24,450 nt of DNA. Source: Chloroflexota bacterium. Lineage in GTDB: Bacteria > Chloroflexota > Dehalococcoidia > UBA2979. The position numbers were made by a program, and so were the translations under genes. The notes beneath the pieces were generated by a model, which had not been told where the DNA came from, searched no databases, and was given only the letters and a program-made list of their open reading frames with translations. This document shows, one piece after another, positions 1 to 7,531 of this stretch (within the stretch, counting starts at the first letter, position 1; every line of letters begins with the position of its first letter). The DNA lies in assembly GCA_027593235.1 (NCBI GenBank), contig JAQCIU010000044.1, forward strand, positions 1 through 24,450. The letters are read 5' to 3'.

Positions 1-208
1 GCTCCGCCGCCGCCTCCCGGGGCTGCGCGGTCTCGCTGATTCGGGCCGCGCCTGCTGCTCCGCTGGTCCGTCCGAGGCCGGTTCACCCCACTGACTGTTG
101 TCGCACGGGATCCCGCCCCCGGCGTGCTCCGACATACGATGCATCGAGCGCCTCGTCGGGGCGGGCACTCGGCGCTGATGCTCGCAGTGAGAGGCTCGTC
201 GTCGTGCG

Positions 209-1771
209 GTGGACCCCGATCCGTTTCAGCGAGACTCTGACCTGGGCCACGTGAACGCGACCCACGATCGTTCGATCGGCCTCTTCGGAGCGACCGCGAT
301 CGGTGTCGGTGCGATCGTCGGCGGCGGCATTCTGGCGCTCGCCGGAGTCGCGTTCTCTTCGACCGGGCCGAGCGCGATCCTTGCGTTCTCTCTGAACGGC
401 GGCATCGCGCTGCTCACCGTCGCAAGCTTCGCCGATCTCGCGAAGCGCTTTCCTCAGTCCGGCGGCACCTACACCTACGCGAAGAACGTGCTGTCGATCG
501 AAGCCGCGTTCCTGGTCGGGTGGGTCGTCTGGTTCGCCTCGATCCTCGCCGGCGTGCTCTACGCGCTGGGGTTCGCCGCCTTCGCCATCGAGGGCCTCGT
601 TCGGGTCGTACCCGAAGGTGCCGAGAGCTGGTTGCTGAGTGCTGGCGCGCGCATCGGCATCGCGCTCGTCACGACCGTCTTCCTCGCTGGCGCGCTCGTC
701 CGTCGGCCCTCGGGCGGCGGTAACGCCGCGACGATCGGGAAGTTGATCGTCTTCGCGATTCTGATCGTCGGCGGCGCATGGACGCTCGCCGGCACTTCTC
801 CCTCCGTGGTCACGCAGCAGCTCGATCCCTTCTTCAGCGCGGGGCCGACCGGACTGGTGCAGGCCATGGGCTACACCTTCATCGCCCTCCAGGGGTTCGA
901 CCTGATCGCCGCCGCCGGCGGCGAGGTCCGTGATCCGCAGCGCAACTTGCCGCGCTCGATGTACCTCTCGTTGTTCATCGCGCTGCTCGTCTACCTGCCG
1001 CTGCTCTTCATGATTGCGACCGTCGGCACCCCGGCGGGCGAGCCGATCGGACGAGCGGCAGCGACCGATGAAGCCGGCCTCGTGGCCCTCGCCGCCGAGC
1101 ACTTCATCGGGCCGGCCGGGTTCTGGCTGGTGATCGGCGCGGGCGTCCTGTCGATGCTCTCCGCGCTACAGGCCAATCTCTTTGGTGCTTCACGGATCGG
1201 CCTTGCGATGGCGCGCGATCGCACGCTTCCGCGGGCGCTCGGTGCATTGCGACCGGGTTCCGGCGCCCCTGGCGTGGCGGTCGCGGTGACCGCGGGCATC
1301 GTGTTGCTTGGCACGATCGCCGTGCAGGACGTGTCAGTGGCGGGCGCCGCCTCCAGCCTCGTCTTCCTAGTCTCGTTCACGATGGTGCACTGGGCCGCCA
1401 TCCTTGCCCGCCGCCGATCCGGGGAGCGCCGCTCACTCCGCCCCTACATCGGCGGTTTGCTCTGCGTCGCGCTCGCCGTCTTCCAGGCGCTCGCGGTACC
1501 CACGGCTGGCATATTGATCGGCGTGCTGTTGGCTGTCGGCATCATCTTCTACGTCACGGTCCTCGCCTCGGGCGCTCGGCTGGCCGACTCCAGCGCGCAG
1601 GCCCGCGACGCGGATCTCGCCCGTCTACGCGGTCGCAGCCCGCTCGTGCTCGTCCCGATCGGCAACCCGGCGAGCGCCGCTGGTCTGGTCGACCTCGCGG
1701 CGATCGTGCGCACGCCAGGCGTCGGCCGCACCTTGCTGCTCTCGGTCGTACGCACGCTCAGGGGCAACTGA
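209..1771 (+). CDS. APC-family amino acid permease (N-terminal part of a probable permease-USP fusion)
   Basis: GATAIGVGAIVGGGIL TM1 motif, FPQSGGTYTY, GFDLIAAAGGEVRDPQRNLPRS, MARDRTLP and many hydrophobic helices; the C-terminus begins a USP-like fold (VLVPIGNPASA) and stops abruptly at TGA 1769-1771. Confidence 0.9.
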   Translation: MDPDPFQRDSDLGHVNATHDRSIGLFGATAIGVGAIVGGGILALAGVAFSSTGPSAILAFSLNGGIALLTVASFADLAKRFPQSGGTYTYAKNVLSIEAAFLVGWVVWFASILAGVLYALGFAAFAIEGLVRVVPEGAESWLLSAGARIGIALVTTVFLAGALVRRPSGGGNAATIGKLIVFAILIVGGAWTLAGTSPSVVTQQLDPFFSAGPTGLVQAMGYTFIALQGFDLIAAAGGEVRDPQRNLPRSMYLSLFIALLVYLPLLFMIATVGTPAGEPIGRAAATDEAGLVALAAEHFIGPAGFWLVIGAGVLSMLSALQANLFGASRIGLAMARDRTLPRALGALRPGSGAPGVAVAVTAGIVLLGTIAVQDVSVAGAASSLVFLVSFTMVHWAAILARRRSGERRSLRPYIGGLLCVALAVFQALAVPTAGILIGVLLAVGIIFYVTVLASGARLADSSAQARDADLARLRGRSPLVLVPIGNPASAAGLVDLAAIVRTPGVGRTLLLSVVRTLRGN

Positions 1772-2502
1772 CCGAGGATCATCCGGCACTGCGCGATGCC
1801 CAGCACGTGCTCAGCGAAGCGTTGCTCCGGAGCCTCGAGCGCTCCACCGCCGCCGAGACCCTGATCACCGTCGCCACCGATATCTGGGACGAGATCGGGC
1901 GCGTCGCCGCGCTGCATCGCTGCGAGACGATCCTGATTGGCCTTCCGGAATTGGGTACCCCCGGGACGCTCGAGCAGCTCGAAGCCCTGATCCGCGACGT
2001 CGATGCGGACGTGATGGTGGTCCGCGCACCGTGGCGCTGGCGCCTGGCCGACGTTGAGCGCGTCCTGATCCCCGTCGCCGCTGGCCGCGGCCACAACCGG
2101 CTTCGTGCGCGCCTGCTCGCCAGCTTGAGTCGCGACAGCGACCGCTCACTCACCTACCTGCGCACCGTGCCCGCCCACAGCTCGCCCGACGCTCGACGCC
2201 GTGCCGAACGCACGCTCCTCGCAGTCGCGCGCGACGAGGCCGTCGGTACCTACGAGGCGCAGATCGAGGCGACCACTGAGCCCGCCGAGCCGATCATCCG
2301 CCTGGCAGCCGACGCCGACCTGCTGATCATGGGCCTGCAACCGTGGCGTCAGCAGCAGCACGCCGTCTCCATGGCATTCGAGGTCGCCCGAGCAACCGAC
2401 ACCCCGCTCGTCCTGATCTCGCAACGACGCTCACGCGCCAGCGCGCTGCGCTCGCGGCTCACGCCCCAGCGCGGCGACGAGCCCCCGCCGCCCGCGAATT
2501 GA
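1756..2502 (+). pseudogene. Tandem universal-stress-protein (USP)-like domains, frameshifted continuation of the permease
   Basis: The frame of ORF 1807..2502 is open upstream through ~1756 (AQGQLTEDHPALRDAQHVLSEA). USP-like motifs: CETILIG, DADVMVVR, ERVLIPVAAG, ADADLLIMG, TPLVLI. No convincing RBS before GTG 1807. Confidence 0.75.
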
Positions 2503-2550
2503 CTAAAGTCGGCGCTATTCAGGGCCGTTCATCCCTCACACCCGCGGCCG

Positions 2551-3303
2551 GTGAGCGACGACGATGCAGCGATGACGAACATCGACGCCGCCCCCGTGAT
2601 CGCCCAAGCATCGGAGCTCGCTATCTCCCGCTACGGGCGCTATCGCCGCCCACTCGACGCGGAGCCCGCGTCGGCGGAGGACCCGACTGCCAGCGGAAGG
2701 TCCCTGCAGGCGGAGGCGACGCGGCAGAGCCTGATGCGCGCTGCCCGCGCGCTGTTCGGAGCAGCCGGGTATGAAGCGACCGCGCTCGGCGACATCGTCA
2801 AACGGGCAGGCGTTACGCGCGGCGCGCTCTACTACCACTACGAAGGCAAGTGCGCCGTCTTCGAGGCCGTTTACCGAGCGGTTCAAGCCGAACTCAGGGA
2901 CCGGGCCATCGAGGCATATGGCCGCGACCGCTTGACGACTCCGGCATCAGCGCGCGTCCGTGCCGGCCTCGACGAGTACCTCGAGCAGTCGGCGCAACCC
3001 GAGGTGCAACAGATCATCTTCGGAGATGGCGTCGCCGTCCTCGGCTGGGAGCATTGCCGCGCGATCGAGCGCGAGTACAGCCTTGGTGCGCTGCTGACCG
3101 GCCTCGACCTCATCCGCAACGAAGGGACGATCGCCGCCCCGGCGGACCTCGAGGTCAGCGCCTACATCCTCGCCGCGGCCCTCAGCGAGGCCTCGTATCT
3201 GATTGCTCACGCCGACGACCGCGAAGAGAAGCGCGCAGCGGTTGCCGCCGTAATCGAGAACATGCTCGACGGCCTGCTGAGTTTGTCGCGCATGCCGGCG
3301 TAG
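2551..3303 (+). CDS. TetR/AcrR-family transcriptional regulator
   Basis: HTH signature AARALFGAAGYEATALGDIVKRAGVTRGALYYHYEGK; start uncertain (GTG 2551 or ATG 2572). Confidence 0.92.
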   Translation: MSDDDAAMTNIDAAPVIAQASELAISRYGRYRRPLDAEPASAEDPTASGRSLQAEATRQSLMRAARALFGAAGYEATALGDIVKRAGVTRGALYYHYEGKCAVFEAVYRAVQAELRDRAIEAYGRDRLTTPASARVRAGLDEYLEQSAQPEVQQIIFGDGVAVLGWEHCRAIEREYSLGALLTGLDLIRNEGTIAAPADLEVSAYILAAALSEASYLIAHADDREEKRAAVAAVIENMLDGLLSLSRMPA

Positions 3304-3366
3304 CAGACGGGAATCCCGTGAAGAGACAGAGCGCGCCGGCCGGCCGCGGTGAGCAGCCCTCGATAG

Positions 3367-4341
3367 CTACGCGCCGCGGAGCCGAGGATCGAGGACGTCG
3401 CGGATCGCATCACCGAGGAAGCTGAACGCGATCACCACGGTCGAGATCGCGCCACCCGCAAACACCGTCAGCCACTGGTGGAACTCCAGGCTCGCCCGAC
3501 CCTCGTTCACCATCTTCCCCCACGACACCACCCCACGAGGGCCGACCCCGAGGAACGAGATGGTCGCCTCGAAGAGGATGTACGCGCCGATGCCGATCGA
3601 GAATGCGATCAGGACGGTCGACGCGATGTTCGGGAGGATGTGTTGCAGCAGGATGCGAGGGTTCGAGGCGCCAAGTGATCGCGCGGCCTCGACGTAGTCC
3701 GTGCTCTGCACCACGAGCGTCGACGATCGAACAATCCGCGTCGCGGTCGGTACCCCGACCACGCCCATCGCGAACACGGCGTTCCGCACGGACGGCTCGG
3801 CAACCTGCACCAGCAGCAGGAGCAGTACGAGGCCCGGGAACGCCTGTAGCGCGTCGATCAAGCGCTGCGTCACCAGGTCGAATGGCCCGCGGTAGAAGCC
3901 GGAGGTCACCCCGACCAGCACGCCCAATCCCACCGCGATCGCCGACGCTCCGAGGCCCACGATCAACGAGAGGCGAGCGCCCCAGACGATACGAGCGTAG
4001 ATATCGTGCCCGGCCCGCGTCGTCCCGAACCAGTGCTCCTTGCTTGGCGCCTCGAGTCCGTTCACCACCAGCCGTGACCCGCGGTCTGAATCGGCTGCCA
4101 GTTCAGCGAGCGATGGGTTCGATTTTTAGTTCAGATTCGGTTCGGCGAACACATAGTTCGGGTCGTAGCGCGAGACCAACGGAGCGAAGACGGCGATGAG
4201 GATCACGGCGATCACGACGCCAAGCGCGACGGCCCCGGCCGGCTTCTTGCGGGCGAAGCGGATCAGCCAATCCAGCGGCGGTAGTTGGATCCCTCGACGC
4301 CGATCAATGGCAAGACCGGAAGAAACCGCGTCCTGCGTCAA
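3367..4341 (-). pseudogene. Peptide/nickel ABC transporter permease (DppC/OppC-like) interrupted by an in-frame TAA at 4126-4128
   Basis: ORFs 4126..4341 and 3367..4068 are in the same frame: ...FAEPNLN*KSNPSLAELAADSDRGSRLVVNGLEAPSKEHWFGT. OppC-type N-terminus (RFARKKPAG + TM), EAA loop DYVEAARSLGAS, C-terminal LGDAIRDVLDPR. Confidence 0.88.
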
Positions 4342-4505
4342 CGTGCCGGCACGCCGCTGTTGCCGTCCACCCCACGCGACGTCTCCATCCGCTCAGTCGA
4401 TCGCCTGGCGCTGGCAGTGTTGGACTGCAATCTCAACGTCGTTCCCCCGTTCGTCGGGCACCTCGATCGCGCCGCCAGCGCGGGCCCATCGAGGGCGGTG
4501 CATGC

Positions 4506-4580
4506 TGGTGAGCCCGGAGAGGATCGAACTCTCGACCGATGGATTAAAAGTCCACTGCTCTGCCACTGAGCTACGGGCCC
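4506..4580 (-). tRNA. tRNA-Lys (anticodon TTT)
   Basis: Reverse complement GGGCCCGTAGCTCAGTGGCAGAGCAGTGGACTTTTAATCCATCGGTCGAGAGTTCGATCCTCTCCGGGCTCACCA has an acceptor stem, D arm, CTTTTAA anticodon loop, GTTCGA T loop and encoded CCA. Confidence 0.97.
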
Positions 4581-4672
4581 ACCAGCAGTATTCACGCCAG
4601 CCCGCTCCGGGGAAAGCCGCGCCCGCCGCGGCCTTGCTGTCGTTCCGCGTCGCCGGCCACCACGGCCGGCCA

Positions 4673-6538
4673 CTACAGATCGTGCGCGCGCATCCAGTGC
4701 TCCAGCATTGCCCAGCGCCAGAACGCGTTCCACTCCAGCAGCCGCGGCCGGCCCTGGGCCTGGTATCGCACGTAGGCGCGCCGCAGCTCCCCCGCGTCCA
4801 CGTACCCGCGCTCCGCCGTCCGAGGTCGCTCCAGCAACTCTCGGATCGCCGATCGCGATCCCGTCAGCACCCCGTGCTCGTAGAAGCTTCCCGGGTGCGC
4901 CTTGATGCCGCTGTCGCGTGCGTAGTCCGGCACCGTCCCGCGCATCGCCTCACGCAGCACCCACTTATCCGTGCCCTCCACCGTGATCCGCGCTGGTGGG
5001 ATTGAAAGCACCCAGTCCGCCAGCCTCCGGTCCGACCACGGATCGGCGTAGCGGATCCCCGCCTGTGCGTTCAGCCGTTCCAGGTACTCCGCGCTCGCCG
5101 CGTGACCCGGCCACGCGATCGCCTCGTGCCGCCGTCGGCGCGCCTCCCCCGCCAACCTCGAGGCCGGGACCGCCTCCACCGCTCCGTGCTCCAGGCCATG
5201 CGCGACCAACGCGTCGGCGCGCACCCACGGCGGCAGTGCCACCCCGCCCGGTACCGCCCGCCGGAACCAGTCACGCGCTGCCGTCGACCGATAGCGCGCC
5301 CAGAGCGCGGCCGGCGCCCGCCGCAGCAGGTCGCGCTTCAGCACCGCGCGGGTCGTCGTCCGTTCACGGCTCGCTTGCCGGCGTGCTTGCGCCAGCACGT
5401 TCATCGGCCCTCCGCGCCGCAGGACCCCCAGGTAATCGAAGATCCCCTCCGCGAACAGCGGATCGCTGCGGTGGCCTGTCATCATTAGCTGAACGCCGTC
5501 GCTCGCCGCCTGCTCCGCCGCGTGCCGCATCAGCAGGTGACTGTGGAGTAATTCCGGTCCATCCAGATCCGGCGCGCGATTCGCGAAATCCGCCAGCGGG
5601 AACGCGTCCGCGCCTGGGATCACGGTGTTTGGCTGACCCAGCAGCGTCGTCAGCGGATCGCTGATCGAACGTTCGTCCGCCTCTGGAAACCCGTCGTATC
5701 CGAAGCTGTACGTGTGCAGCAGCGGTAGCCCGGGATCCTCCGCGCGCAACGCCGCCGATACCGCCGCGATCGAAACCGAATCAAGCCCGCCGCTCAGCAG
5801 CAGCCCCGGCTGTGCGGTCGCCCGCACCCGCGCGCCCACCACCGTTCGTACCAGCTCCTGAAGTTCCAGCGCGTACTCCGCGCCTGACGCGCGATCAGTT
5901 GCGTGCCGCGGCGGTTGCCAGAATCGCCGCGACCGAACGCCAGCTCGATCGGCTCGCAGCACGTGGCCTGGGCGCAGCCGCCGCACGGCCTCGAAGGGCG
6001 TCCAGCCTGGCGAGGATGTCCGTCCCGCGAGCGACGCGATCAGCGATCGGTCGTCCACCTGGCGTGGCACCAGCCCCGTCGCCAGCAACTGACCGATCTC
6101 GCTGCCCGCCAACAACCGATCGCCGATCGCTGCGTAGAAGAAGGGGCGCGTGCCGAAGATGTCCCGCGCGGCGAACATCGATCCCCGCGGTGCGTCCCAG
6201 ATCGCGAACGCGAAGTCACCCAGCAACTCCGCGGCGCAGTCGTCGCCCCAGCGGTCGAAGGCGGCCAGGATCAGCTCCGCGTCGGAATCGGTCGTCGTCC
6301 GATCGAGCCGTCGCGCCAACGCCGCTCGCTCGTCCAGACGGCTGTCGGCGACGATCAGCCGGCCGCTCTCATCCGTCGCGACGCTGGCGCCGTCACCCAG
6401 CGCCGTCGCTGCCGCCCGCGCGACGCTTGCGCTTGTGCGGCCCGGCCCACGGTGCGCTGCGCCGTCCGCCAGCGGCGTCACCGCCGATCGAGGATCCCAC
6501 GCGGACGTCAGGCTGACCGCGAATCCGAAACCAGCCAT
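4673..6538 (-). CDS. Asparagine synthetase-like protein, probable lasso-type isopeptide-bond-forming cyclase
   Basis: GATase-II-like N domain (DSDAELILAAFDRWG, LLGDFAFAIWD, ARDIFGTRPFFY), PP-loop LLSGGLDS, DKWVLREAM. N-terminus is MAG rather than MCG, so the glutaminase Cys is absent. Confidence 0.85.
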   Translation of the reverse strand: MAGFGFAVSLTSAWDPRSAVTPLADGAAHRGPGRTSASVARAAATALGDGASVATDESGRLIVADSRLDERAALARRLDRTTTDSDAELILAAFDRWGDDCAAELLGDFAFAIWDAPRGSMFAARDIFGTRPFFYAAIGDRLLAGSEIGQLLATGLVPRQVDDRSLIASLAGRTSSPGWTPFEAVRRLRPGHVLRADRAGVRSRRFWQPPRHATDRASGAEYALELQELVRTVVGARVRATAQPGLLLSGGLDSVSIAAVSAALRAEDPGLPLLHTYSFGYDGFPEADERSISDPLTTLLGQPNTVIPGADAFPLADFANRAPDLDGPELLHSHLLMRHAAEQAASDGVQLMMTGHRSDPLFAEGIFDYLGVLRRGGPMNVLAQARRQASRERTTTRAVLKRDLLRRAPAALWARYRSTAARDWFRRAVPGGVALPPWVRADALVAHGLEHGAVEAVPASRLAGEARRRRHEAIAWPGHAASAEYLERLNAQAGIRYADPWSDRRLADWVLSIPPARITVEGTDKWVLREAMRGTVPDYARDSGIKAHPGSFYEHGVLTGSRSAIRELLERPRTAERGYVDAGELRRAYVRYQAQGRPRLLEWNAFWRWAMLEHWMRAHDL

Positions 6539-6587
6539 CTGCCGACTCCCTGCCTGCGCCTGTGATCCGTCCGAGGTGGAACCTGAC

Positions 6588-6617
6588 GTGACAATTTATG
6601 GAAACGATTGCTAGTGT
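6588..6617 (+). promoter_or_regulatory. Possible sigma70-type promoter for the small peptide ORF
   Basis: GTGACA-18 nt-TAGTGT with TG one base upstream of the -10 (extended -10), in a locally AT-rich patch. Confidence 0.35.
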
Positions 6618-6679
6618 GAAGGCCCGCCGGCGCGGCTACTGGTCGCGCTGCCAAGATCGACCAGAAGTTAGGACCCAAC

Positions 6680-6781
6680 ATGCAGTACCGTCAGCCACGC
6701 ATCGAGCGACGCGAGTCGCTGAACGCCCTGATGACCAAGCTGTCGCACGCTGACCTCGCGGATGGCGCCCAGGCCAGCTAA
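6680..6781 (+). CDS. 33-aa putative RiPP (lasso-like) precursor MQYRQPRIERRESLNALMTKLSHADLADGAQAS
   Basis: Not in the ORF track (too short). AGGA RBS upstream, GC3-rich codons, YxxPxI leader motif, Thr19 followed by a segment with Asp at putative core position 8. Divergent from the Asn-synthetase-like gene and followed by a terminator. Confidence 0.7.
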   Translation: MQYRQPRIERRESLNALMTKLSHADLADGAQAS

Positions 6782-6821
6782 GACATCGATCGGGGGGAGC
6801 GCTCCGCGCTCACACCTGAAC

Positions 6822-6855
6822 AAGAGGCGGCCGAAAGGTCGCCTCTTTGTTGTTT
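6822..6855 (+). terminator. Intrinsic terminator
   Basis: AAGAGGCGGCC-GAAA-GGTCGCCTCTT hairpin followed by TGTTGTTT. Confidence 0.8.
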
Positions 6856-6984
6856 GCGTAGGAATGTCCGCTGGTCACTGGACCGCCGCGACGTCCGCGG
6901 TAACCGGTACATCGAGGACTCAGGAACACCGAGGTTTGAGTGCCGCCCGCCTGCGCGACGGGCGCGTCGTCGGATCCTGCGGGG

Positions 6985-7173
6985 TTACGCCTTCCGCGGT
7001 GCGCCTTGGCCGCGCTGACGGAGCCAGCGGCCCTGCGGTCCGGACTGGTGATCGACAAACTCCTTGGTCGCGCCGCAGGTCTTGCAGACCCCCGTCGTTC
7101 CACCCGCGCGGGGTGAAGGCAACATCCAGTGGTGAACGCACTCTTCCGTCTGGGACTGTTGTTGAGTTGTCAT
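6985..7173 (-). CDS. Small Cys/His (putative zinc-binding) hypothetical protein, 62 aa
   Basis: MTTQQQSQTEECVHHWMLPSPRAGGTTGVCKTCGATKEF... with a CxHHW-x13-CxxC pattern and basic tail; GGAG RBS before ATG 7173. Confidence 0.7.
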   Translation of the reverse strand: MTTQQQSQTEECVHHWMLPSPRAGGTTGVCKTCGATKEFVDHQSGPQGRWLRQRGQGAPRKA

Positions 7174-7531
7174 CGTCTGCTCCGTCCGTTCGCCCTCAGG
7201 CATGCGTTCGTTGCCTCGGAGTGCGCGACATCGTGTCGCGCTGGGGAGCGCTCCCGAGGCGTGAGCTGAACGGTCGGCAAATCCCCGCCGCCGTCTCCTG
7301 ATCGCGTACCTGTGCGGGACCCGATCAGTGCCGTGACGCGTGCGAGGCGATCACGGTTCTCCATCTGCACTGCCCGGGCAAGCCCCGGGCCGCGAGTGGC
7401 GTCACCATACCGCGTTCGAATCAGCCTCGCTCGAATGTCGTGTCAAGCCGTCCCCATCCGCGATTGACAACACAGGCCCGCTCGCCCCTAGATGCACGCC
7501 TCGTTCGCGAACAGCCCGCTCGGAGATCTCG

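Noticed and set aside
4506-4580. tRNA-Lys as integration site of a genomic island
   Set aside because: No integrase and no convincing duplicated tRNA 3' end; the 10-bp GGGCTCACCA match at ~8558 lies inside a CDS and is expected by chance.
4673-6538. Canonical glutamine-dependent asnB
   Set aside because: The N-terminal nucleophile Cys2 is replaced by Ala, so no gene symbol is assigned.
6794-7254. 12-bp direct repeat GGGGAGCGCTCC flanking the small Cys/His gene as a target-site duplication
   Set aside because: Short and GC-rich, with no transposase or terminal inverted repeats; cannot be distinguished from chance.
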